In this document: one piece after another, positions 25,759 through 39,316 of the stretch | How positions within the stretch are numbered: position 1 is the stretch's first letter | How the letters are laid out: each line of letters opens with the position of its first letter | Assembly: GCF_006345805.1 (NCBI RefSeq) | Contig: NC_042998.1 | Span: forward strand, 65,410,001-65,474,000 | Length of the DNA stretch: 64,000 nucleotides | Origin: Octopus sinensis | Lineage: Eukaryota | Direction of reading: 5' to 3' | Program-made: the position numbers and the translations under genes | The notes under the pieces: generated by a model | The model's database searches: none | What the model was told of the DNA's origin: nothing | Seen by the model: the letters and a program-made list of their open reading frames with translations, nothing else

Positions 25759-26384
25759 GTATGTTAAAATCTAACATTCAACCACAAAATAAAAACAATG
25801 ATAATTATTAGTCAAACACTAATGAGCTAATGTGTAACAAGCTTATACCAACAACGCCAATAAAGGAATATTTCTGAGTATTTCTAATGTAAATCAGATA
25901 ACAAAAATAAAAGAATAACTGAAAATCGAAGACACACACATTATCTTGGTCAAGATATTACCAGATTCCTTATCTCAGTCAGTAGTCGAATCAATGCAAG
26001 CCCTTTTCTTTTTAATAAAATACGTAAAATTTTATGGTCAGTAGAGTATTTAGAAAATGTTAGGTCTCCCTCTGTAGCAACAATTTGAGACACATCCACT
26101 TGCAACTTATATAAAAATGTATAAGCGTACGTATATATAGGTATATATAATGTCCACACCCACGCATAAACATATGCACATACTCGCGCACGTGCGTATA
26201 CACACAGACACACACATAAACACTTACAAACACACACACATAAATATTAAACTGTCACTGAGGAATTCCTGATGTAAATCTGACATTTACATAAATACCG
26301 TGGATTCACTTCCCCACATGGTCCTTAGTCGATAGACAGCTGTTGTTAATATCTTGTTATTTGCATTTGTATTTATGTACCATT

Positions 26385-26640
26385 TGTATTATTTCCGTCC
26401 TTGTTTTCGTATACATTCGCTGCTTTCTTCCGAGGAATCTAGTGCTCTTAGGTTAAATTTTCCTTGACGCTGGCCAGATTGGAGTAGTCTCGAGTATAAA
26501 CAGCCGAAACTGCAAATCTAATCTGGAACTCGACTGACAGAAGAACACTCCGAATAACCCATCCATGTTTTCTTTGTCTCGTTTTTGCATCAACTAACTG
26601 CCTGGATGTTTTGTGTTCTTGTCCTATTTTTGTATTCTGT
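26385..26640 (+). mobile_element. diverged family A 3' fragment
   Basis: cttccgaggaatctagtgctct...ctggccagattggag...cagccgaa; ends in (TA)n. Confidence 0.6.
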
Positions 26641-26643
26641 TAC

Positions 26644-26717
<74 letters not shown>

Positions 26718-26754
26718 CCATGGATTCTTTTCTTTACCCACCTATTTTCCGTTT

Positions 26755-27215
26755 CAATCGTTTTCAATTTTTTTACACTCTCCATTTATTTCTTTATAGA
26801 ATCTCTTCTCATCTACTCTGAATAACATATTCTGGTGGTAACCTTTCATTCTTTGGTCGTATCGTATCATCTTTGCTTTCTTTGCAACGAGGCGCTATTT
26901 CAGTGCCTCCACTACTTCTTTCAGACCTTGTTGTGTTTCAATATTATACTTCCTTTTCAGCTCCCCGTATTTTTATTCGGATTTAAGCTCCCCTTTTTCT
27001 TTTCGGTCCAACACAGAGAGTTCCTTCGAAATCATGTCTAACCCTGCCTGGATTCTTCTTCTCCACCATGGATTTTTTCTTTTGTCACTCCCAATATCTT
27101 TCTTTTTCTTGACATCAGCACCCACGTTTTCTGCTAAAACAATACTTGCTGCCTTGATTAAATTATTTGTTTCTGTGATGTTTGTTCTGAAATATATGAG
27201 AACAAACAGCATTTC
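26755..27215 (-). pseudogene. R4/Dong-clade non-LTR retrotransposon fragment (region N-terminal to RT)
   Basis: NPWWRRRIQAGLDMISKELSVL...KYNIE...EALK*RLVAKKAKMIRYDQRMKGYHQNMLFRVDEKRFYKEING matches the R4/Dong pattern PWxRR...KQRLxAK..RY..R...QN.LF..D..FY. Confidence 0.75.
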
Positions 27216-27230
27216 TTTATCATTAATATT

Positions 27231-27263
<33 letters not shown>

Positions 27264-27429
27264 ATTATTATTGTTCTTCTTCCCTTATTATTATCATCGT
27301 AAATACCATCCTTATTATTATTATTGTTTCTATTATTATTATCATTACTATTATTATTATTGTTATTATTATCATAGTTGTTATTATTATTTGTATTACA
27401 TCAGTTACTTTTTCTACTTAGATATAAGG

Positions 27430-28265
27430 TGACAAATTTTCTATTGTTAATGGATATGATGGTTGCTAGGTTATGTGTTTGTGTATAACCTTTTCTTAAT
27501 GTTTTGTTTTTGATTATCTCCCAATATCTGTTTTTTTCCATTTGTAAATTGTTTGTTAATTAAATTAAAAATTGTTTTTACTGTGTTATTCTTGATATCT
27601 TTATCGAAAGGTATTATTAGCCATATAGTTTCTATTTCCTTATTTCCCCTATTAGGGTTACTTATGTTATGTGTTATTATTCTGATTTTAATTTTACATA
27701 TGATAATTTTATATATATAATACTATTTTTATATTTAATAATATTACTTATATGTTTAATAATACTAATTATATATTTCATAATTTCATTTTTAATAATA
27801 CTATTTTTGTTATGATTTTTACTATTATTACTAATGATTTTATTATTGTTATTATTTTTTTGTTGTTATTATGTGTATTATTATTTTTATGGATAGTCTT
27901 ATAATATTTACAATATTACTTTTTTATTATTATTTTTATATTTATCTTTGGTAGAGTTATATTTGTCTCAATTATGTGGGTCGGAGGTACTTACTCTACC
28001 CCAACAATTATAGTTAATATCATTGGGGAGGTATTTAATTTTACCTTTATATCCTGCATTTATAGTGCTATATTATATTTTTCCTTGTGTTTATTAAACA
28101 TCTCTTCATTAGAGGAGAGGTTTGAAATTCTATTACTTTTATTTCGTAGTAATGTTTTTTTTCTATTTGAGAGTGATGTTTACTAGAATTATTTATATAT
28201 CTTAATGGAGAATTTTCTTTTATGTACGGCCCATGTAGTCCGGTACAATTTGCATCTAAATAATA
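27430..28265 (-). pseudogene. Penelope-like element remnant (RT thumb and linker)
   Basis: GPYIKENSPLRYINNSSKH / NRISNLSSNEEMFNKHKEKYNIAL-NAGYKGKIKY, and IPFDKDIKNNTVKTIFNLINKQF...IIKNKTLRKGYTQTHNLATIISINNRK; frameshifted. Confidence 0.7.
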
Positions 28266-29049
28266 TAGTGAATAGTTTTCGTTTTCTAATTATACTTTTT
28301 AAAACATACGTAATATAACGTCCAAATGTTGATGAATGCCACCTCTCCATCCCCACCATTTACTTATGGACGTGTATATATATGTGTGTGTGTGTGTGTG
28401 TGTAGGTGTATGTATGTATATGTATATGCATATATATATATATATATGTGTGTGTGTATGTATATATATATGTATTTATATGTATGTATGTATATATATA
28501 TATGTGCGTATGTATGTATACATATGTATATTCGCATGTGTATGTATGTGTGTTTGTATGTATATCTATTTTATTTTATATGTTTTTTCATGTATATTTA
28601 TCTATTTATTCCCTCCACCTAACAATAACAAACTGCCTACCTCTTCTTGACCACCAAAAAGCAATTGTCTTCTAATTTACCTAAAATCCCATCCCATATA
28701 TCTGTTTCTATTCATTTATTCTATTTATTCATTTATTTACTTTCTCACTGATTCTTTTCATTTCAAAAAACACTCTGGCCTTTTGACCACTCCCCTAAGA
28801 ACTATAGCTTGTGTCCTGTTTATCTCCTAAATACCAACCTACCCCAAAAAAGTCCCCCACCCCCACTCCATTAAATCTGCCTAAATACATAAATACCAGA
28901 ACTTATTTTGACAGCCAGCTTCCTGAAAATTTCATCTGAATGAAACTGTTCTAGTCCTGTAGAAGCTCCTTCTATAAAATAATATATATATATATAACCT
29001 TCGACAGAGTAACAGTCATATATACAACTTAGACAAACATATCAGTACA

Positions 29050-31200
29050 TAAACATACGTCCACATGTACGTACACATACACACGCACGCACACAAGTCT
29101 ACACACCTAAATACTCACATACATACATTAGTATATAGATACATAAATACATACATGCGTATAGGCCTGCACGCATGCATGCACATGAACACATATGCAT
29201 GCGCACATACTTACATTCACACATTTACACATATATACATACATGACACATACATGCATACATCCATATCTTGAACTAACTGTTACTTTCTCACATGCGG
29301 CACAGAATTTTTGTCAGCGAACAGGTTCCAACCGACAAATATATTTTGACAAATTATATTTAAGTGTTGAAGTGAATCAAACGGCTTTTGTGTTTTCAGA
29401 TAGCTTATAAACACTTTCCACACCGCAATTGTTTATATCAACCTCCGACGCAAATAAACACATGCACAAACACAATATCCTCACACTAGAGTACAAACCC
29501 ACACACATGCCAAGGAAAAACACATACACATATACACTTGCAATAAGATTCTAGCAACCATAACCAAAACTTACACACACATATATACATATGTAAACAA
29601 GGATATGCACACACCTACACACACCACACCGAAACTACAAATCGCATTAACACAAACACACCCACACATTCACAGATACACACACACACACACACACACA
29701 CGCAACTACAACACAACTCACACAAGCACACACGCATTTATACACACCTATACACACACAATACATCCGTACCCCAGTAATAAAATCCCGCACACACACT
29801 CAAATGAAAAAAAACACACATACACTGACAATACAATCACAACAACCACAGCAAACACTCACAAACGTACATACACACCAGCATGTACACACACAATGAC
29901 ACACACCTCCCCGACAAATACAAGGCACATAGACACACCCACACAAACACACCTACATGTATACACACACATTGCACTAACAATACAAATAAAACAAATC
30001 ACTCACAAATACAACACACACATGCGCACCCTCCCCCCGGAAACTACACAAAACATACCAAGATATATACACACTCACACACAAAAACATACTCAATACC
30101 AACAGACACAAAACATATGCACACACATACACACTACCCAGATAAGCCCAACACATATGGACACACAGAACTCCTGATAAATTCAAAACACTTACACACA
30201 CATGCACATCCACACATACCCACACACATCCACACATACCCACACACAAACATAAGCATATACACACATAACATCCCCACCAACACAAAAAACACACAAA
30301 CGTACACGCGCGCATATACAGACGCACATATACACAGACATGCGCACACACAACACCATGACAAATACCAATCACACACATATATACACATACAAAAAGG
30401 CGGCGAGCTGGCAGAATCGTTAGCACGCCGGGCGAAATGCTTAGCAGTATTTCGTCTGCCGCTATGTTCTGAGTTTAAATTCCGCCGAGGTCGACTTTAC
30501 CTTTCATCCTTTCGGGGTCGATAAATAAAGTACCAGTTCCGCACTGAGGTCGATGTAATTGACTTAATCCCTTCTTTGTCCCCTCTATGTTTAGCCCCTC
30601 GTGGGCAGTAAAGAAATATGTATACACATACATACATCACCAAGACAATCACACACATATGGTTGCTCACATACACACACACACACACACCACACCATAA
30701 GGACTATTAAAACACAAACATACTCAGACAGGCACAACTCACACATTCACATACACACAAAAAACCTCCCCACCAACACAAATGGCACACAAACATTCAC
30801 GCGCGCACATGCAGAGGCTCACATACAGACGCACTCACATACACGCGCGAACAAACACGTAAACATACACATGCGCACACACAGCACCATAACAAATACC
30901 AATCATACACACTCATGTACACACACACTCACCTATACACACATAACATCCCCACCAACACAAAAACACGGACAAGCATACACACGCACCCACAGACGCA
31001 CGCATACGCACAGGCGAACAAACACAAACACAAACTTGCCCACGCACAACACCCTAACAAATATTAATCACACACATACACACACACAAACGTGCACATA
31101 AATACAAGCACCATCCTACTAAATATTAAACACACACCACAAGAAACCCTGGGACCAATCAAAAACAGCACACATGTATATATACAGACACACACACACG
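29050..31200. repeat. degenerate (CA)-rich tract with an embedded diverged minisatellite
   Basis: Very low G on the + strand; ccccaccaacacaaa recurs at about 30272, 30768 and 30947. Confidence 0.8.
30395..30620 (+). mobile_element. SINE family 3 (Nin/Deu-like domain, tail X) with 12-bp TSD
   Basis: ggcggcgagctggcagaatcgttagc head and ctttcatcctttcggggtcgataaataaagtaccag core; TSD tatacacataca at 30383-30394 and 30621-30632. Confidence 0.9.
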
Positions 31201-31530
31201 CTCTTCTTACCTCTGAGACCAATCGCCAAAACCACTGAACCTTGAAAGAGGAACAAATCCTTTCAATTCCACATTTCTCTTCTTTCCCCCCACCCAAACC
31301 AACCTTCTACACTGTCCCTTAAAATAGTAAATAGCCTTTTACGATAAAATGGTGAAACAGGTCAGCTCATCTCAAATTCTTTGTAAACTCCTAAATATAT
31401 CTCCGTCTGTGTATATATATATACCACCAAAATATGACCTTGTTGAACTTCTAATTTTCTGTGTATATATTTAGATACTTCCAAACAAACATGATTTTTA
31501 ATGAAATCCTAATATTTTTAACGAACTTTT

Positions 31531-31956
31531 GGATCATTTCTGTTTGAACGGCAATTGTTTTCTAGCGGTGTCAAATGAAATTGTCACCCATAATTATGAC
31601 CCTAGTATCGATCTATTGCATTTCAATCTGTTTTAGGATTAGGGTTAGGGTTACGGGTGGGGGGAAGGGTATCTTATTTTTTCTTCACAAATGTAAATAA
31701 ACCCAATCTGTTTCTTAAACGAGAGGGATATTCATACGGCACAGAATATTTTATTACCTCCATAAACGTCAGTGATTGATTGAAATTGCAGAAATTGAAG
31801 AAAGAAAAAAACAAATAACGTACAAACTATAGAATTTTCTCAATAAAGCCGAGAGAAAAAGATGTTTTATAAACACATTCTACCAGTATACGAAGTTTAA
31901 CATTTTTTAGTTACCAAGAAATTAGGTTAAAACTGCCGTTCAAACCGAAAAAATCC
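31531..31956. mobile_element. MITE with ~28-bp imperfect TIRs and 8-bp TSD (Merlin-like)
   Basis: Left ggatcatttctgtttgaacggcaattg; right aaaactgccgttcaaaccgaaaaaatcc; TSD gaactttt at 31523-31530 and 31957-31964; GG termini. Confidence 0.8.
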
Positions 31957-32217
31957 GAACTTTTTAATATTTTCTCAAGATTTTTCCTGCAAACTTTCTT
32001 TAAATTTTTTTTATCATTATCAAAGAATGTATATATATATGTATTGTAATATTTTGTGACAACCAGTAAACACAACAAAGCTTTTACAAAGCTGTTACAT
32101 TTTACATTTGACAATCTTTTTCTTAAAAAGTGAAACCGGTCAAGTGAATAAGCAACTTTGAAAATTGCATTTTCAAACCTTCTTTCATATGGATAAATAA
32201 ATATATATATATATAAA

Positions 32218-32880
32218 TGTAAAAAAATACAAACTGGGACAAGAACGTGAAACATTTAGAAGACGATACAAAAAACACTGACGGGACATTCGAAGCCTTC
32301 AAACTTTAGTCAAGAATCGGATCATCTTCGCAATTGCGGCTGATTAATCTTGAGATTGCTCCGATCTGGCCAGCCCCAAAGGAAAATCTAAGCCAAGCGC
32401 ATTAGATTCCTTGAAGAAAGCCTCGAATGTATACAAAACAAAGGCAGAAAACCGGACAATGTTACACGAATAAAAATACAAAAACACGTAAAAAACAATA
32501 ATGATAATACGAATAAGAATACAAAAATACGTAAAAACAATAATGATAACACGAATAAGAATACAAAAATACGTAAAAACAATAATGATAACACGAATAA
32601 GAATACAAAAATACGTAAAAACAATAATGATAACACGAATAAGAATACAAAAATACGTAAAAACAATAATGATAACACGAATAAGAATACAAAAATACGT
32701 AAAAACAATAATGATAATAATAATAACAACAAAAACAGGACGTCACAGAGAAGCGTCTTTTCGACAGGACGAGTAAATGTTTTTAGAAAAAAAGCCTTAA
32801 GGCTACAGAGAGCTAAAAAATTGTGTCTTGCCGCAACGGCTGCTGGACACGAAAGGCCAGCAATCGATGCACACGTGTAT
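32218..32880 (-). mobile_element. family A element with an internal minisatellite
   Basis: aaaatacaaactgggacaagaacg...cgaagccttca...gaaaggccagcaatcg. Confidence 0.75.
32464..32715. repeat. 42-bp minisatellite, about 6 copies
   Basis: Unit acacgaataagaatacaaaaatacgtaaaaacaataatgata; gives the 14-aa periodic ORFs. Confidence 0.95.
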
Positions 32881-33501
32881 ACACAGGAATATATTTATTA
32901 CTGTAACTCTTTGTACAAATGTCAATTAAATATTTGTAATACAATTAAACAAATAGTTTTTTGAACACTTAGAATAAGAAGATTTTAATAATAAATGTTA
33001 ACAAAATGTTTTAATCTTTAAAAAAATGTACTTCGCCGTCAGGAAACAAATATTTTTCTTTGTGTGATATAGATTAAGAATGTTCTACTTTATAATCTGA
33101 GCATGAAATCCATAGGATAAACTGACAAACTTGGTGGTATGATATGACATGATGTTAATCCGGATTTTAAATCTTCTCGATAAATTAGAGATATGAAATG
33201 TGAATATTATAAACCTATTATATTCTTATACAATTCGGGTATGTATCAGCAGTGGTTTGTTTGTTTCTAAATGCTGATGACAAACAAATTACAATCTTCT
33301 TTTATGGCTACAAATGTTTTATACCTACAAATTGTCAGAGAAAATGTTACCAGGCAACGTCAAAAACGATAGCTCAACAATACACTTCCATAAATGCTTC
33401 CTATCAACTTCATACCTATTTATACATACACATGCACGCACAGGGGCGTACACACTCACACAGGCACGCATTCACATACACTCGTACGTATATATATGTA
33501 T

Positions 33502-33543
<42 letters not shown>

Positions 33544-34048
33544 ATATATATATATTGTTTCACATATATACTCCCAGTTTTAAATGTAAAGTCATGCTTT
33601 GTTTGTATAGAAAGTTTGAAAGCAAATATATGGGCATTTTCATCTTTACTTCATTAAAATATACTCTGAATATACAGTACATTTCAGTCTACATCCTCCT
33701 CTCTATCTTTCGCCCTGTTCTTTCATCTCTCTCTCTCTCCCTCTCTCTATCTCCTTCTCATTTGACTATTGAAAATAATATTGAGGCACATAAATCCAAG
33801 TCGAAAAAATTGCTGTTAAATTCATGTGGGATTGACTATAGAGCATAAAAGCTTATTTACACTCTTTTCAAATGTCACCTGTGTTTTTTACCTTATGCAT
33901 CATACGCTTGTGTTTGCACATTTGCCGCTTTGAAGTCATCCCCAAATTTTGATGAAACATGTGTATGAATATATTCGTGTAAATATTTAACGCACTTTTC
34001 GCGAAAACAAACGGTGCTATTTCGATTCCCATGCATTCTAGGACTCAC

Positions 34049-34084
34049 CTTTTTCCGCCGTGAAATTCTGTCCCGACGTGTCAT
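34049..34084 (-). CDS. candidate short coding exon end (MTRRDRISRRKK) at a consensus splice donor
   Basis: AAG|GTGAGT donor at 34049/34048, ATG at 34084, open frame extending upstream (KYILFLVNKHGFHFKQF). Confidence 0.3.
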
Positions 34085-34136
34085 AAACTGCTTGAAGTGA
34101 AATCCATGTTTATTCACCAAGAAGAGAATATATTTC

Positions 34137-34173
<37 letters not shown>

Positions 34174-34886
34174 TATTATTACAATTATTGTTATTATTGT
34201 TTCTGTTGTTGTTGTTGTTGCGTTATTATTATTATTATTATCATCATCATCATCATCATCATAATCATCATTATTATTAGGATTTCATTTAGTGGAATGT
34301 TACAATTTCTACAATCTTTGTTTTCAGTTTCAACCTTCTTTATCTAGACGTGGATGAACATATTATACACAACTTACAGTGTCCAAACATGTTATTAGAC
34401 ATTATTACATTCATTAGCATGTGTTAAATCCAGTGTAAAACATAATTTCAATGTGGAGAAATCTAAATATTAATTGGAATTTTGTTGAAATTTAAAATTT
34501 TTGCTTTGATCTACGATGGCATGATAAAAGGAAATGAAATTAAATTGCATTTTAAATCAGCTAAAATTACACTCTAAAATAATGGACAATTAATTAGTGA
34601 GTAATTTTAATTAGTTGCAAAGTTTTAAATATAATTATCAGATTAGTATATCTAAACATAGTACAAGAAATTGCATAATTTAATAAAAGATGGAAAAGTT
34701 GTTATATGCGCCATCACATACACGATGCATTTCAAGAAATATACTTTCAAAGACAATTGATACATCTATATAATAGCCAGCATTTTCCTCGTATCCACTG
34801 CATTAATCTTTACTTAAACAAATGTGCACCTTCTATTACCACATCAACTATTATTGGGATACGATAAAAGTTTGCTAATATATTTT

Positions 34887-35255
34887 GTGGCTGTGTTGTA
34901 AGTAGCTTGCTTACGAACCACATGGTTCCGGGTTCAGTCCCACTGCGTGGCACCTTGATCAAGTGTCTTCTACTATAGCCTAGGGCCAACCAAAGCTTTG
35001 TGAATGGATTTGGTAGATGGAAACTGAAAGAAGCCCGTCGTACATATGTGTGTGTGTTTGTCTCTCATCATCGGTTGGCAAGCGATGCTGGAGTATTTAC
35101 GTCCCTGTAACTTAGCGGTTCGGCAAAGAGAACAATAGAATAAGTACAAGACTTAGAAAGAATATGTCCTGGGGTCGATTTTCTTGACTAAAGGCGGTAC
35201 TCCTGCATGGCCGCAGTCAAATGACTCAAATAAGTAAAAGAGCAAAACAGAGAGT
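34887..35255 (+). mobile_element. SINE family 1
   Basis: gtggctgtgttgtaagtagcttgc...ggttcagtcccactgcgtggcacc...ggcggtactcctgcatggccgcagtcaaatgactcaaataagtaaaag. Confidence 0.9.
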
Positions 35256-36260
35256 ATGTAACCATGCAATGTACATGATAAATTAATTATTTTGTGTTCC
35301 ACTTCATAGAAAGAGCAATTCCAACAAATGACGAGTGATATAGTAACAATGATATAGTAACAATTGGTAGTCGTAAACTTCATGCATATACATATTAATG
35401 TTGATAATCGTTTTCGTACAGCTTTAATTTTTTTAAATATGACTGACTTCAAAAATGCCTTCTGATATGATTTGGATATTAAAATTGATCTAAGTCTCCG
35501 AGCTGGCAACGAACGTTTCTCATCATTCATAAAGACTTTCGTTCAAATTCCATATGGAACATTTTACCTCAAATCATTTCGAGGTCGATAAAAGAAGTAA
35601 CGTTCAAGCACTGGAAAGGATGTAATCAGCTAACTTAATACCCTTATACAAAAAATTTGAATCAATTCTAAAATTGAAATAACGTTAAAGGAAATAAAAT
35701 AATTATTAATTTTTACGTCTAATTAAACATAAAGATTCACTAAATTATCTGGTATGGAATATGCTTATATCTAAAGTTACAACCCGCAAGCAAATGAATT
35801 GTACATCGATAATGGATTGCAATAGCATACATCCTTCACGCAAGAGTTCTGCTTGTCATGGTAAATGTGTGAGACCCACTGAGATTGAACCTTGAATTAG
35901 CTTCTGTAAATATAATTCGATTCTGTATGAAACTAGGAAATCCCAAGAGCAGTATCTTTGAAATTACGGAAGTAGCTTATGTTGTTTGTGAACAACATAT
36001 GTAAAATATCAGAGAAGTTCGGCGAAGTCTAGGACTGTCTTAGTTGTGTTTCTTTATGGAACATGAACTGAAAGATGTTTAATTTATTTGTTGGTTAGAA
36101 ATAAAAAAAAATTATCTTCTTTATTGAAGCGACAAATTAATGATTGTTATATGCGCGATGTACGCAAGATTAAATTAATAAAATTAATTAAGTCTAAAAT
36201 TTAACGGTGATAGTAGTTTCAAGGAACTGTTTTATGCTGTTTCACATATTCTCTTCTTTA

Positions 36261-36660
36261 AAGTGGCAAGCTGGCAGAAACGTAAGCATGTCGGGCGAAA
36301 TGCGTAGCCGTATTTCGTCTGCTCCTAGGTTCTGAGTTCAAATTCCGCCGAGGTGGACTTTGCCTTTCATCCGTTCGGGGTCAATTAAATAAATACCAGT
36401 TATGCACTTGGGTTGATATGATCGACTTAATCCGTTTGTCTGTCCTTGTTTGTCCTCTCTATGTTTAGCACCTTGTGGGTAGTAAAGAAATAGGTATTTC
36501 GTCTGCCGCTACGTTCTGAGTTCAAATTCCGCCAAGGTCGACATTGCCTTTCATACCTTCGTAGTCGATAAATTAAGTACCAGTTTCATACTGGTGTCGA
36601 TGTAAACTCGTACCCCCTCTCCAAAGTTTCGGGCTTTGTGCCTAGAGTAGGAATAAAAAC
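36261..36660 (+). mobile_element. dimeric SINE family 3 (monomer with tail X plus 5'-truncated monomer with tail Y) bounded by one 15-bp TSD
   Basis: TSD atattctcttcttta at 36246-36260 and 36661-36675; the core occurs twice. Confidence 0.85.
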
Positions 36661-36945
36661 ATATTCTCTTCTTTACGTTATTCTTATTCATTTAAGTCTA
36701 TTCAAGTTGTTCGTTCGTTTCTTCATAAATAAATCACTGGTGTATTCTCCAAACGTTTCAAATGTTATAGTAAATACACAAACTCACACACACACACCAC
36801 ATGTATGTATATATGTATGTTTATATATATACGTATATGTATGTATTCATTCACTGAGGGTCTTATCAATATTTAGCATATACACGTTCTCGCGTTGCTG
36901 TTTTTTTTCTTGTTTCCTTTTATCACTGTTTTAGTATCATATATA

Positions 36946-37003
<58 letters not shown>

Positions 37004-37269
37004 AGCATATAATAATGTATGGTATAGATAGATAATGCAAACTTGTTAACAGTTCAGACGTGCATGGGGCCTCTTCGAGCCCATGTATATATATTCTCCA
37101 ATGTTTTCATATGCGTATGCATTGGTAAATGTCTATATTTATATATTTGTCAACACCTTATGCCTTCTCTACACTTCATGCATTTTCTAAAGTAACGTGT
37201 GCGACAACGTGTACATTTATCTTAGAACATGTTTAATTGTAAACTCTTTCATACGACAACTCATATATG

Positions 37270-37435
37270 AAAGAGCTATTTCCTCGGTCTTTACGTTCTG
37301 AGTTCAAATTCCGCCCAGGATGACTTTCCCTTTCATCCATTTGGGGTCTATTAAATACCAGTTGCGTATTGGTTCTGTCTAATTGGCTGGCCCCCCTCCC
37401 CTCAAATTTTCTGGCCTCGTGCCTAGAGTAGGCAC
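37270..37435 (+). mobile_element. decayed SINE family 3, tail Y
   Basis: tacgttctgagttcaaattccgcc...ctttcatccatttggggtctattaaataccag...cctcgtgcctagagtag. Confidence 0.7.
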
Positions 37436-39282
37436 AAGAGCTGAAAGAGCCGCTGTGTGTGTAACACACATTTTCATGATTTTGTTAACGTTTCTCTTTA
37501 TTCTAGAAATATTTAAGCGTTTTTCTGATCATCTACATCTATGAAAATGATTACAAATTTGCTCACAAAATATATTGTCAACTTTGTTTATTTTCAAAAT
37601 GTGGTCGTAAATTCCAAGTAAATATATTACACATGTATGCGACATTATGGATATATTAATGTCAGTTACAGTTTGGTTGATAATATATTCGTTGGTGCTC
37701 AATAAATAATTTGTCATATGTGCTGGTTGTCTTCGTGTTTTGTTTCTCTCTTTTGCTCTCTACTGTCTGACTATTATCTACTGCACTTAATGTTTAACTC
37801 ATTGTTTTGAAATTACTTCTCTTTGTATCTAATACTCATTCTAACAAACTTTGCTTTGATTTAATAACAAATAAATCATAACTGAATTGTCACATTTAAT
37901 TAATGACCAAAGGTTGCATTGAAAGCATCGTTAAATATATTTATGAGAGCATTAAATATTTACATGACTTTCTATCAATAATTACGGTATTATGTCTAAA
38001 ATCTTTGTCAAAGAAATAATTAACGACTATTAATACTGAATAACATAAAGAAAGGATGTTTCAGTGTTAATCAAAGACAGTGTGAAATTTAAAACTGGCT
38101 TTACTAAGGCCTTTTATTAAGGCATATGCTAAATTCTAATGATCGTCATGTTTTTCAATCAATTCTCAATCCACAAGTACGTACAAAAAGATGTACACAA
38201 ATCAGGAATTGTTCCATGTCGGTTTTAGATTGACTTTCTTTAAAACTACTAATTAGTATTGGTTAATTTGGTTAATATGATGTGTTTCTTCATCTGTCAT
38301 CCTAGTATCTTCATTCCATCGCATTTGTTTGTGTTTAATATTAGCTTTTAATACATAACATTAAGACATCTTTTGATTAGCAACTTTGGTCAAGGTTTGA
38401 AATGAACATTGCTAACATTCGGTCGTAATTTTTCAGTGACGACATGAACATAATTGCAAATATGATTCGAGAGAACTTCAAACATTTGCTGGAATTTACT
38501 ACAGTCAGCATTTAAAAGTATTATAATGTTAAAGGAAGTCAACTCTGTACGAAGATGATGATATAAAATACAGCCAGAAGAATAATTATCACCGTGTAAC
38601 ATTATTTTCGAAAGTATGAAAATGGCAACAGATAAGTACGATTATGGTTAATATATCTTTCAAACTTAGTTTTGTTACATTTTAATCAAGCCTCAAAGAT
38701 TCCCTCTCAAAACATGGCTATGATGTTCTCCCACTACTCCTGCTTATTAATAGAGATGTGCATAATATCAGCCATTATGGGACATGCCCGAATTGATCGA
38801 TTCAAGCAACTGATAAACAAATCTGTGGTACTGAGCAGAATATTTGCTATAACAATATTTCTGCTTCAATCATTGGACCATCCCATCCTCCTAGACATAA
38901 TGAACGACAACAATTATCATTGATGAGCAACATTCTTCCACTGTCCACACGGTATCTTTCGGGAGACGGGATGCCGATCTTACAAAGTCTTTCCCCCGTA
39001 CTTCGCACCAATACCTGGTTTATCCGAGAAATAGCTGTCAGAAAGTATTTCTTAATATGATTTTACTCTTCATTATGTAGCTAAATTTAGACTGAATTAA
39101 ATAATAACCGATGTCCTTGATATGCCTTGCCTAACTGCTTGCATTTCCTCACCAATTCAAATTACGTTACTGGAAGTCAAGTGCAAGCCACATTTAGCAG
39201 TATTGAACAAGGCAATCAAACAACCACAATTTTGGTGGACCACATACTTGAGCAAACAGAACCTGACGAAAACTCCTCATTT

Positions 39283-39316
<34 letters not shown>

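Noticed and set aside
31637-31655. Telomeric repeat or interstitial telomere
   Set aside because: Only about two TTAGGG units, inside a MITE.
32464-32715. CRISPR-like array
   Set aside because: Head-to-tail repeats without unique spacers, in a eukaryotic context and with no cas genes.
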